64,000 nucleotides of DNA from Piromyces finnis finn (taxonomy: Eukaryota; Fungi; Neocallimastigomycota): contig MCFH01000025.1 of NCBI GenBank assembly GCA_002104945.1, positions 372,001-436,000 of the forward strand, given 5' to 3'. The position numbers were made by a program, and so were the translations under genes. Below are positions 22,301 through 37,867 of this stretch, in pieces (within the stretch, counting starts at the first letter, position 1; each line of letters opens with the position of its first letter). The notes beneath the pieces were generated by a model that was given only the letters and a program-made list of their open reading frames with translations, did not search any database and had not been told where the DNA came from.

Positions 22301-24721
22301 AGAAAAAATAAAAGAAAAGAAGGAACATAAGAAATCAAAATCTAGTAAAAAAGAAAAGAAGAATGAGGACTCCAAAAAAAAGGATATGCCTAGTGAACCT
22401 TCCATTAGTAAAGAAAATATTATACCCAATGATGATAGTCAAAAGAAATATGTTTTGAGAAATAAAGATAATAAAAATCAAGTCTTAGAACTCTACGATT
22501 CTGATGATTTGGAATCTTCCGAAATTGAGGTTTCAGATAGTATAAAGGAAGAAATTAGATCATTGTTAGAAGATATACCCGAATTAAAGAGTAAATATCA
22601 AATTTTAAATAAAACAGGAGAAGGTATATTATATATTTTATAATTTTAAAAAATGAAAAAAAAATGAAAAAATAATTAAAAAAAAAAAAAAAAAGCAATA
22701 ATAGTAATAATAATAATAATAATAATTTTTAATTATTAGTTATTAGTAGTAGTTTTAGTAATTATAATAGTAGTAGTAAATTTTCATTTATTTTATTTAT
22801 TTCAATCTTTATAAATACACTCATTATTAATATATTTTATGGGTTTATTATTATCATAAACAGGAACCTTCAGTTCTGTATATAAAGCCTTACGTATTGA
22901 TGAAGAACGAAAGAGAAAGGAAAGAATAAAAAAGAAAAAAGAAAACAAGTATTATGCTAAACCGATTAAAAATAAAAAATACTATGCACTCAAACGTATT
23001 TATGCTACAAGTAGTCCACAACGTATTGAAAATGAAATTGGTATCCTTCATGACCTACGAAAAAAGAGTAATATTGTCTCAATTTACGGTTGTGTTCGTT
23101 ATGAAGATCAAGTTATCTTGGTTTTACCATACATCCAGCATAATGATTTCAGAGTATGTTGATGATATAAAGAAATAATTAATTATAATAATAATAAAAA
23201 TTTTTAATATAATAGTGTAAAATAAATTTCATATTTTTAATAGAATATTGTTATCTAATTAATATTTTATAATTTTTAAATATTTAAAAAAAAAAAAAAA
23301 AAAAAAAAGAATTATTTCAACATAATGACAATGAATGATATTCGTTTCTATATGATTTCAATTTTAACTGCCTTGAAACACTGTCATGAATTATATATTA
23401 TGCATCGAGATATTAAGCCAAGCAATTTCCTGTATGATGTTAAAAATAAAACAGGTGTATTGGTTGATTTTGGTTTAGCACAACGTATGGATGAAGCAAC
23501 GATTGCCGCATCTAAAACAGAAATGATGAATAATAAGCGTCCTCTAACGGAATTTAGTCATTCCAATTCCGAAACTTTCAATAAAAAGCAGAAAACAAAT
23601 AAATCCACATCAAAATCAGTAAAGTCAAAATCAAAAGAAGAAGATAGTAATTCGGATAGAGAAAATGAAGAATTTACCACAAATGAAAATAGATTTGTCC
23701 CTGACATTAATAATGAAATTCCAATTGATATACCCACCTACAATAATGGAAAAATTCATCCACTTAGTGTTATGGCCACCATGCCAAAATATGGTAAACC
23801 TGGTTATATAAAGAATGATGTTAGGTAATTTTTTTTTTTTTTTTTTTCATTTTACAATATATTTATTTATATATATGTATATATATATACTGAATAAATT
23901 AATTATACAAAAAAAATACTAATTTTTTTTTAATCCTAAAATATGATATTATTAGACCTGCTATAAGAGCTAATAGAGCAGGAACAAGAGGTTTTAGAGC
24001 TCCAGAAGTCCTATTTAAATGTGTTAATCAAACAGTTGGTAAGTGATCACCTTTTGTTTTTCCAAAAAAAAAAATAATAATAATAATAATAATTAAAATA
24101 ATATATATATTAAAATATATTTGATTATATGAATAAATAAATTTATGCATCAAAACATTTATTAATATATTTTAATGTATATTATGAATAAATAATTATA
24201 TAATAAATAGCTATTGATATATGGTCCGTTGGTGTAATTCTTCTCTGCATATTTACCCAACGTTTCCCATTCTTTAATTCTAATGATGACTATGAAGCCC
24301 TTCTTGAATTAGGATGTATTTTTGGTAAAAAAAAGATGAAATATGTTGCTTATGTTTTAGGTAAATAATCATTAATTATTAAATAATACTAATTTTTAAT
24401 TCACCATTGTAAAAAAAAAAAAAATAAAATAAAAAGCTAATTAATTTTTCTTTTAAAATAATAATAACAATAACATTTTTATATCATTTAGAACGAACTT
24501 ATGAAACAAATATTCCTTCTATTAAAGATAATTGTATATCATTCCAAGATTTATGTGGTAATTTAAATCCATCTAAACATATACCTAAAGAAGGATTTGA
24601 CTTCTTAAATCGTCTTTTAACATTAGATCCAAAAGCAAGAATTACGGCAAAAGATGCTCTTCATCATCCATTTTTAACACATTTTGATGACGAAGATTCA
24701 ACTAGCGAACATAGTAGTTAA
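16311..24721 (+). CDS. Predicted 2,494-aa protein: very long E/K-rich coiled coil, charged linker and C-terminal CDC7-family kinase (exons 16311-19857, 19954-22623, 22864-23153, 23310-23824, 23956-24038, 24211-24360, 24492-24721)
   Basis: The two giant ORFs (1186 aa and 864 aa) are joined in frame by a 96-nt GT..AG intron. The second ORF runs without a stop into the kinase N-lobe (YQILNKTGEG|TFSSVYKA). Exon lengths sum to 7,485 nt, a multiple of 3. Confidence 0.7.
19422..19715 (+). repeat. Coding repeat, 7 x 14 aa (42 bp) within the coiled coil
   Basis: ENDNYKNEIMVCKK / ENDEYKERLRSAEK / RTDDYREKLKISEE / EVDNYKMKLRTSEN / ISDEYREKLRSSEN / RIDEYREKLRSSEK / MVDDYKEKLVSTEK. Confidence 0.85.
22501..24721 (+). 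CDS. CDC7: CDC7 (DDK catalytic subunit) Ser/Thr kinase domain
   Basis: GEGTFSSVYKA, YALKRIYATSSPQRIENEI, HRDIKPSNFLY, VLVDFGLAQ, a long kinase insert, RANRAGTRGFRAPEVLFKC, DIWSVGVILL, FPFFNSNDDYEALLEL and RITAKDALHHPF are CDC7-specific signatures. Confidence 0.95.
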
Positions 24722-26603
24722 AAATAATAAACTTGTAATAATAATACATCTCAAACACCAAACAACATTGCATTTAACTAAAATGAAATATTAAATATAT
24801 AGTATATTTAATATAAAACTACATAATCATAATTATCATTCCTTTGAATATATTTATTTTTTATAATTTTTATTTTTCAAATATTTAATCTTATTTAATT
24901 TTATAAAGAATCTTTATATAGATATCTTTATTTTTTTTTTCATTTTTTCTTTATCAAAAAAAAAAAAAAAAAAAAAGTATTATCTTATCAATTTTTTATA
25001 TATAAATTTTTTTTTTTTTAATTCTTTTTATAAGAAAAAAAAAAAAGTCTTTGTATAAAATTAAAAAAGTACTAAACAAATAATAAGCAAATTCCTAAAA
25101 ATAACAAAATTCATTGACAATGATTCCTTTCATTTCAAATAAAACCATCAATTTTCAATGACAAAAAAAAAATAAAAGAATAGCTCTTTTTTTTTTTTTT
25201 TACCAAATATATATACACTATTATAATATATACATTTTATATATAATATATCAATATCTTTAAAATATTGTAAATATTAAAAAATAATAAAAAAAAAAAA
25301 ATAAGCATTTTACATATCTTTATAAACATTCAATTATTGCCGTTGATTAAATTATTATTAATACTCTTTCAAAGGCAGTTATTCATAAATTTTAATTTTT
25401 TAAATAATAGAGTTTGTATAACAAGAAATTTCTGAATATATATATATTTATATATTTATATTTATTACTTTTTATATTATATTTTTTTGATTTATAAATT
25501 TACTAGGATAAATATTATGTAATAATTGTAGAAGCGTTTAGTCTTTCATTTATCTTCTTTGTAAATGTTTTTTTTTTTCTATTTCTTACTCTTAATCTCT
25601 GTTTAATTTAAACTTTCTTGCTGTTACTACTTCATGTATTTTAATAGATTTTTACAGGAATCAATAATTTTGTGTGTAATGTTACATTTATTATGCAGAA
25701 TTTTTTTTTTTTTTTTTTTTTTTTTTGATAATAGATATGGCAATTCTTTATTTATTGATTATTAATAAACTAATAAAAAAGGTGTTTTCATTTATAATAA
25801 TAAAATATAATAGAAATAGTTATTAACATAAAAAAGAAATTAACACCTTTTTTAAAGCCTAAAGACTTTAAGAAAAAACTTTTCAGAATTATAATGCTAT
25901 AGTTATAATATATTAGTAATATATTGATAATATATTTCAATTATATAGTTCTATTTATTTTTATTTTTGTGAAACATACAAATTAAGATATTTTAATTCT
26001 TCAATGATTATCATTTCAATTGATGATGATCACCAAAAAAGGAAAGTAATAATATTTAAAAAAAAAAAAGACAGCAATAATTAAATCACAAAATCCACCA
26101 AGAAAAATTTTATTTGGGCAGAAATTCTTAGTACAAATTTTAAAAAGAAAAAAAATTTTTTATTCTATTAATGAGGCTAATTAAAAAATAAAATAAATAT
26201 AAAAAATATATCTTTTTTTTTTTTTTTTTAATTTTACATTACTTAAATTTCAATATATATTTATTAATTCATACCTAAATTGATGATAAAAAATAGAGTA
26301 TTTTTTAATAATAATAATAATAATACTCTTTAAATAAATTACCAAATTACTATCTCATAATATCTATTATAATCATAAAAAAAAAAAGGTAATTATAATT
26401 ATTATAATTTTTGAATATTTTTACAACTATGTAAATATAATGTTATAAAGTTATTAAACTGACTTAAATTTTATTTTTTACTAATAACATCGAAAAAAAA
26501 AATAATTTTACAAATTATCATCAAATATATATATATATATATATAGTTTCAGAATATTATTACTACCATTATTATTTCAAATATATTAATATAAAAAATC
26601 AAA

Positions 26604-29312
26604 ATGGGAAACTCACAAAGTCATGGAAACGACTATCCAATGCCAAATTTCAATGAAAATGAATATGAACAATTAAAAACTATTATTGGTAATACTACCC
26701 AAAGTAGTATGAATGAATTCATTCCAATTTCAACTGAATTAATTAAAGTACATAAAAAATAAGAAAAAAAAAATTTTTTTTTTCTTTTATTATCATTTAA
26801 TTATTCTATATTCAATATAACATATAATTTAATGTATATAAATATAATAAATTTTAAATAATTATACCTTTTCTTTTAAATATAAAATAAAAACATTTTA
26901 TTACAACATTAAATAGGAAAAACTTCCAAATTTCACAGAAAGATTTAAAGTCACATTCTTCAACTTAGCTAAAGAAGAGGAAAAACTTTTAAATATTAAA
27001 TATAAAAATATTAAAAAAAGTAAAAAGAAGGCATTTGAAAAATCCCTTTCTTCTGTAAGTCTAACTTTAGAAACTTCAAACGAAATTTTATCTCGTAGTA
27101 CTTTACTCAGAATTATTGAAAGTTTATGTAAACCAAATAAAAGTGATCCTGAACACAAAATAATAAAGCGTTTCATTCAATTATACGCTAGTTCTTTTTC
27201 AAATGATAATGATAATAATAATAATAATGAACAAGAAAAAGTTGATACCAATAAATTTATACAGGAACTTACTAGTATTGCTTTAACTTATTATGTTGCT
27301 GCTGTTCCAAGAATTAAGACAGTTGAAGAAGATGGTGTTCAAAAAGAAATTATTAAAGAAGGACCACCACCAAAATTCATCGAAGCTTCCGATCGTATTG
27401 TTTCCTTTGTTTTAAGAGATATTAAAAAGGTTTCCTATAAAGAAGATCTTTCAAAACCAGTTACTTTTGATGATAATGAAGATGAAGAAAAAAATAAAAA
27501 AAATGAACCAGTTGTATTAAGTTGGGAAGAACTTATCACAAACTCAATACAATCATCAGTATTTAATTTATTATGGGAAATTGCTTTCTGTTCTGCTTTT
27601 ATTACTACACCAGTATTCAAAGTAAAGAAAAATATCCTATTTTTTATATATTTTCAATATTCAATAATTCAATTTATTTTATCAATCAAGAGTTCATTAT
27701 TTACTAAAATACTTTTTCATAATTTATACTGTTTATTATTTATTTTTTCTATTATTTTTTTTAAAAAAAAAATCTATATAATATTACCAAAATAATGTAT
27801 ATGATAATTGGAATAATCCAAATTTAATTAATCTATCATAGACCAAAAACTTAAAAAATTATCGTTTGAAAGCTATGACTAAACCAAGATTAAATCCAAA
27901 TAGATCACGTCTTTTAAAACCAGAAGACCTCTTTGTAATTGATTTATCTATTCCATCATTTCATATCAATACTGTATGGAATCAAATTTATGATAGTTCC
28001 AGTAGTGGTGAAAATTGGACTGTCTTTGCTAATTGTATTGAAGATCAAGGTTCAACTATTATTATTGTTAAAGGTATTTAATATTCTTATTAAAATAGTA
28101 TCATATTATATTTTCTTTATCTTTATATATAAAAGAAAATATGAAATATATATATATATATATATATATATTAATAACAAAATTAAATTCATTGTAATAT
28201 TAAATTTAAATAGATAAGGATGATAATGTTTTTGGTGGATTTGCATCAAATGTATGTACTTAAAACAATAATTAATATAAAGAGTAAATATATATATTTA
28301 TTTAATGAAATTTTATTTATTTTATTTTATAATATTTAAACTATGAAGGAATGGGATCACAAACCAAAATTCTATGGTGATAATCGTTCGTTCTTATTTA
28401 CATTAAGACCAGAAATAAATATCTATAAGGCTACTGATATTAATGTAATTATAAAATATATATATTAAAGTAATAAATTTAAGACCACGCAAATTTAATT
28501 CCTCCGTTTTTTTAAAAAAAAAATAATAAAATTATTAAATGAATATAGGATCATTATCAATACTTTAATGATCAACAACAATCATTGCCAAACGGTTTAG
28601 TAAGTATAATTATTTGAAATATATATAGTAAATATAAATATAGTAAAAATAAAATTAATTTAAATGCTATAACTATATATTAGGGTATGGGTGGTCAATT
28701 CGATTATTTTGGTTTCTTTATTAGCTCTGACTTTATTCATGGTCATTCAAAAGGCGTTTCCACAACTTACAATAATCCAAATTTAAGTAGTAAACAAGAA
28801 TTTGAATTAGAAGCTGTAGAAGCTTGGTTAGTTAAAGAAAAAGAAAGAGATGATCGTTTAATTGACGACAGAAAGAAAAAACAAGGATCTGTTATGAGTA
28901 GAATGGGTAATTGTCTTTTTTATATTTTAATTATACTTATTATGATATGATAAAATATAAAAATCATAAAAGAATATATTAATAATATAAACTTTTTCTC
29001 TATATATATTGTTTTAATATTATTTACTATTTTATTTTATGATTTTACAGAGGATATGACTTTCTTAGAAATGTCTGGTATTAAGGTAAATAATAAGCAA
29101 AAAATCAATATATTATTATCACTCTTTTAATATTAATGTTAATTCAAAAATATATATAATACATATATATTATATATTTTTTATATATGTATTTTCCTTT
29201 TTATAAAAATATTATTTTAAATTATTAATAGATGTATAGTAAAGATATTAAAGCTCAACCAAATGCTGATGATGATTATTGGAAGGAGTCAGAATTTGAA
29301 TCTAATTACTAA
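26604..29312 (+). CDS. N-myristoylated TLDc-domain protein (MEAK7/TLDC1- or Rtc5-like), multi-exon
   Basis: Starts MGNSQS. TLDc motifs WNQIYDSSSSGENW, QGSTIIIVKDKDDNVFGGFAS, FYGDNRSFLFTLRP, GMGGQFDYFGFFISSDF and FELEAVEAW. C-terminus FLEMSGIKMYS...ESNY*. Confidence 0.88.
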
Positions 29313-29704
29313 ATAAATGAAGCTAATATTCATTCATTTTAATATAATATTCAGAATATATCATTAATTTAATAAATATTTTAATTACGGAGTACAAATT
29401 AATAAAAATCAAGATTTTTTTTACTTTATTTTTCTTTCAATAATAATCAAAAATGAGCAATAATAATATATTATAAATATATATATATAATAATGAAAAA
29501 AATATAATAATAAATAATTAACTATTGATTGATTAATAATCAATCTAATAATTTTACATATATACAGCTTTTTATCATACCAATATTAAAGCTAATATTT
29601 AATAATTATCTCAAATAATAACAATATTTTATATAAATGTAATATGTTCACTAAGCATAGAATGTTGATCATTAAATTTATAAAAAATATTAAGAGATGA
29701 TGAA

Positions 29705-29747
<43 letters not shown>

Positions 29748-30457
29748 TTTTATAGATATCAAAAAAAAAAAAAGAGGGGAAAAATTTAAAATTTTAAAAT
29801 TCATTTTTTCAGATTTTCCAAAAAAAAAAAAAAAATCCATCATTCTTTAATAATCAAAAAAAAATTAGAGCAGATATAAAAATGAAAAATATCTTTCTTT
29901 CTTTTTTAATTATTAAACAATGAATAAAAATGTAATTTCAATTAAGATGCACAATTACAATAATATATATATATATATATTTTTAATTTTTTTAATAACA
30001 ATAACTTTTTTAATATTTAACATTAAATAAATTATAATGTCTTATTATTGTTGTTGTTATATTAATTTATACATATTGATTAATATCGATTTCACAGTTT
30101 AAATCTTTAAACACGTCACTAGTATAAAACTAAAATTTAATCAATTAATATATATAGCATGAATAATTTATATATATATATGATGTATGTATGTATTTCC
30201 TAAATAAAACTAAAAACTATAAAAATAATAATAATAATAATAAAAATTTTTTTCTTCATATTAATATGTAAAGTTATTTCATGGTTAATAATTGTTTTCA
30301 TCGAATTATTATATAGCAATTATTTTTTATTGTATTATTAAAAGGAATAGTACAACATTGTCTTAATTTTTTTTTTTTTTTCAATCACTTTATTAGTAAT
30401 CTTATCATTATACTACTATTGTTATTATTGTCTATTAAGGGTTTTTTAAGAGTTATT

Positions 30458-32155
30458 CTATTCACAAGCAATCTTTGTATCCAAACTTGTTAATGCTATT
30501 GCAAATGCCAAAAGTGCTGAGAAAGGATAACGAAAATCTAATGTAAATATATTCTTCTTCTTTTTACCGAATTGCATAATAATATAATCCACTGAAATTT
30601 AATATTTTATTGTATTTATATAGTATTATTTTAATATAAATTAGATATTGACATAATTGTTATATTTTTATTAGTAATGATTTTAATAAAGCTAATTTAT
30701 TTAATTACTAAAACTTACAATCATCATTATTAACAATTTGGAAATTTTTCACTGAAGCTATTCTTACACGATGATTGAAATTTAATACATAAGATTGGGT
30801 TTCTAAAAAATTTTTCAAAAAGAAAACAAAATATATGGATATATAATAATAAAATAAAATTATAAAAAATGAATATGAATATTAATATTAAAAGTAACAT
30901 ACTATAGGTTTATATTTTGTTATAATTAATTTAAAAAAAAAAAAAAGTTTAAAATATTTATATATATATATAATATAAAATATTTTTATTAACCTTCATT
31001 CCATTGTGGAGATTTATTATACAAAACAAGCATTTCTTTATCAAATGGATCTTTGGATCTTTCTATTAATGTTTCTTTTGCCTATTCAGTATATAAACAA
31101 AATACAAAAATAAAAGAATAATAAATAATGGTGATGATGATGATATTAATAACAAAGATGAATGCAATAGATGTTAATAATAATGTAGATTTAAAATTAA
31201 CATTAAAAAATTATGTTGATTTTATTTTGTTTGTTTGTTTTTTATTACATGATGTGGTTTGCACGGTATAAAATCGCCATTTTCATCTAATCTAGTAGTT
31301 ATTACTTTCATTTTTCTTGGACCTTTAAAACCTAATATATTTGGTTCCTAAAATTTTTAAAAAGATTATAAAAAATGCGAAATTTTAAAATTAAAAAAAT
31401 TATAAAAAAAATAATAATAATAATTATAATAAATAATAATTTTATTTACATATAAGACAGCACCTAATTCAGCTCTTAGTTCATCTTCATTATCTTTTTT
31501 AACATATTTTTTATTATTGTCATATAATACAAACGCCGTTCCTACAAAATTTGATCTATAATTGAAAATGTAAAAAATTAGAAAAAGAAAAAGTAGTTTT
31601 GATGCTATTAATATTCATATTAAATAGAAAAATAAAAAGTTTAATTAATACTACTTTAATCTTCCAATAATTTCTGATTCATCAGGTACACTAGTTGTAA
31701 ATACTTTTCTCGTTATTACATATTCATTATGGTTGCCAATTCTAACTTTTCGAGAATATAACAAGAGTGAAAAGGTTGAATCTGTATGCTCTATATATAG
31801 TTCATAACTTGGTATATTTTTCACTTTTGAACGAATTAAAGTGCATTTTATACTTTGATCAAGTGATACTGGTCTAATATTAATTATATAATATGAAATA
31901 ATATAAAAATAATATATATAATATTATTATGATAAAGTACATGAATATTTTATTCACTAATATATTTTGTGATATTATTTGAAATATTAACTAATGAATA
32001 ATAATAATGTATGTATGTATATGTATATATTACTTTAATATAATATCTTCTAAATTTTTTGGAGTATATCTCAATCCTAATAATGAACTACTACTTGATT
32101 CAGCCTTTTATTTAATTTTTTTTCGAGTTATTGAATAAAAAATTAATTTAGATTA

Positions 32156-32215
<60 letters not shown>

Positions 32216-33041
32216 CATGAGAATAATTAAAAATTTAAATATAGTCTATATATATTATATAGTTAGAGATTCTATATAAATAAACATATAGTCCAATACT
32301 TCGGTAATACCTACCAATCGTTCAATATCAACTCTATCTGAGGAATCGTTATTACCAGAGTTATTACTTTGATGAGAAGTATTTGGTAAATTATGATTAA
32401 AATGTATATTTAAGGGTGGTTCATCATTATGATGGGATGAAGAAGCTGCTGCTGCTGATTCAAGAAGAAATTCTAATGATGAAGATGATGAAGAGGAATG
32501 AAATACAGTGAATGGGCCTTCCACAACTGCTGAAGGACCCTTTCCATATTCGATTTTATTATTATTTTTATTATCTTTGTTTTTTGATTTATTTTTTCCA
32601 TTTTTTTTATGATCCTCATCTTCCTTACCAGCGTTGTCATTATTTATATTAGTAATATTGGATGAAGCTAATCCCATAAATTCATCTCCTTCATCGACAG
32701 TTTCCGATAAATTTGCTGCACTATTTCTAATTTCGTCAATCTCTTGTTCTTCTTCTCCTTTAGCTTTGCTTTTTCCTTTTGATTTCTTTTTTTGTTCATG
32801 ATGAGATGATTGTGATTTTGAGTTGGAATTATTTAATGAATGTGATGATACCGAATTTTTAATATTTAGTACTGAAGAAGTAGCATCATTTTCTGAACTA
32901 ACAATTACGGAAGAAGATGCAGTTTCTAACGTAGTAGACAAAATGGGTTTTGCTTTTGATATATTATGTGAAGTTGTATTTTTTTTTTCTATATAGAACA
33001 TAAAATATATAGAATAATTGATGAAAAAAAAAAAAAAAAAA

Positions 33042-33078
<37 letters not shown>

Positions 33079-33531
33079 GATATAAAAGTATTAATTTCCG
33101 GGAAAAAAATATTATAATATTGTATTATATTATAATATATGAAACATATAAATACCAAAAGTATTATTTATTTGTTTTTTTTCTAATATTAATGTCGTTG
33201 ACTCTGTAACGGCTTTCGAATCTTTAATAGTTGAAGAATTTAAAGAAGATAGTGAAGCTTCGGACGAAACATGACTTTGAGAATTATCAGAATGAAATAT
33301 AATTTTGGAATTAGAATTCTCTATACTTTCATTATGTATATTATCATTTTTGTCTTTGAAACTTTGATTCTCCTTTGTTTCTTTTCTTATATTTTCCTTC
33401 TCTTTACTCTCTTTACAAGTTTTCATTTCATTCTCCTGTTGATTTATAATATCAGTTTTACTATCATTTACATTTGAATTGGACCCTTCATTCAAGTCGG
33501 TTTCTAAGCAAATGTCCTTACCTTCAGACAT
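30458..33531 (-). CDS. Tubby-like protein (long low-complexity N-terminus plus tubby C-terminal domain), multi-exon
   Basis: [73 protein letters not shown] and [26 protein letters not shown] are tubby-domain signatures. Intron 33155-32989 joins the N-terminal exons in frame. Confidence 0.92.
32159..32216. repeat. (AAT)n microsatellite in a tubby-gene intron
   Basis: About 19 uninterrupted units. Confidence 0.9.
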
Positions 33532-35306
33532 AATATAGATTTATCAATATATGTTTTTCTTCTTACTAGGTTAAAATAAAGTGTTTAAATAAATAATATT
33601 TATTGTTTTACTCCAGAAGAAACAATAAATTAATTTATAATGTTATTTTATAATAGTTGTAAAAAAATTGAATTGTCTGATTTAATTGTTATTTAATAAA
33701 AGAAAATATATGTATTGGTCTTCTTGATATTTTATTAATATTGTAGCGCTAAATAATATTGAATTTTATTATAATTTAAAATAAAAAGTAATTTCAATTC
33801 TTATTACTAATAAAGATATTTTTTTAATAAATTATTTTATATTTATTCTTTCACATATATTTAATCTATTTAAATTAAAAAAATAAAAATAAAAAATTTA
33901 AAAATTTTTCCTTTTCTTTTTTTGGCTATTTAATAAATTTTATTAAGGAAGACTATTTTAATTATAAAATTATAAATGCTATTATAAATTAATTAAAAAA
34001 AGAAAAGAATCAATGTAGTTTACAATAACTGAAGAAAATAGACTTATAAAAAAATAATATCACTTTTTTTCTAATAATTGTTTTTATTATATGTGAAGAT
34101 TTTACTTGCTTTCAAGCATACTAAATTTAAAAAAAAAAAAAAAAAAGGGGAAAAAAATACTAAGAAACTGTAAATCATATTTTTTTAGATATGAAACAAT
34201 TTTATTTATTAATAAAAAAAAAACATATAATAATATTATTAATAATAATAGTTTCTCTATTTATCTAATTTTAAAAAGTACTTTTTAATCAATATCATTG
34301 TTAACTTGTAAAAATATTGCTTTTAACTATTACATTTCGATTTATATATATATATATGTACTAATAATATAATTATTGATATCATGGAGGAAGTTTTTTT
34401 TTTTTTAAAAATAATAAATATTTTAACCTTTTAATTGCATATTTAAAAATAAATTTAAATTTTAAAAAATAAAATTCATTAAATACAAAGAAATAAATAT
34501 AAAAAAAAAAGAGTATAATGTATTCTAATATAAGAAGGCCACGATTCTACTGAAGTATAATTATTGTAGTTAACTTTCATAATGGAAATTATAATTTCTA
34601 TTGGTTTTGTTGAGTCTATTGACCTTGTTACTTTAATTCTTTTGAACATCGACCATGGTTGGGCAATAACATAAGGCATTATTATAGTTAAAAGTCCCAC
34701 ATTGACCATCAAAAATTATTATCCTTCCAAAATTATTATAAATATAATATGTGTAATATTGACATTTTATCATTTTTATTTCCTATTTTCTACTTTTAAA
34801 ATATATATATATTTAATACACACATTATTTCAAAAAAAAAAAAAAAAAAAATATTAAATTAAAAGTATTAAAATTTTATTAATTATTTATCTATTATTTA
34901 GATATAAAATGAATAAAGTAAATTCGAGAAGATTTCAAATATTTTTTTTTTTGTTTTTTGAATTTAATACCTTTCTTTTTATATATTAATAAAAAAAAAA
35001 AAAATAAAAATAAAAATATAAAAAAAAAAAGTTATTGTTTTTTTTTTGTTGTTGTTGTTGTTGTTTGTTTTTGGTTTTGGTTATTTAATTTCTAAATTTT
35101 TAAAAATTTTAAATAATAAATTTACTTTTTTTTTTTATATAAAAGAATATTTTACTACTTTAATATATAAATTAATTACGATTGTTTATTTAGAGAATAC
35201 TAATTATGAAATATATTATTTTATGAAGTGTTAGAATTTTGTAATATTGGTAGGCAAAAGTATTAATTTTAAATTATTTGTTATTATTTGTTTTTAACTA
35301 ATAAGT

Positions 35307-37867
<2,561 letters not shown>

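Noticed and set aside
16937-22338. Short antisense or frameshifted ORFs inside the coiled-coil gene (16937, 18089, 19393, 20346, 22021, 22069)
   Set aside because: Low-complexity shadows of the main frame.
34660-34685. ATGCCTTA on the minus strand resembling the 5' end of U12 snRNA
   Set aside because: The following branch-point-pairing and Sm-site sequences are absent.
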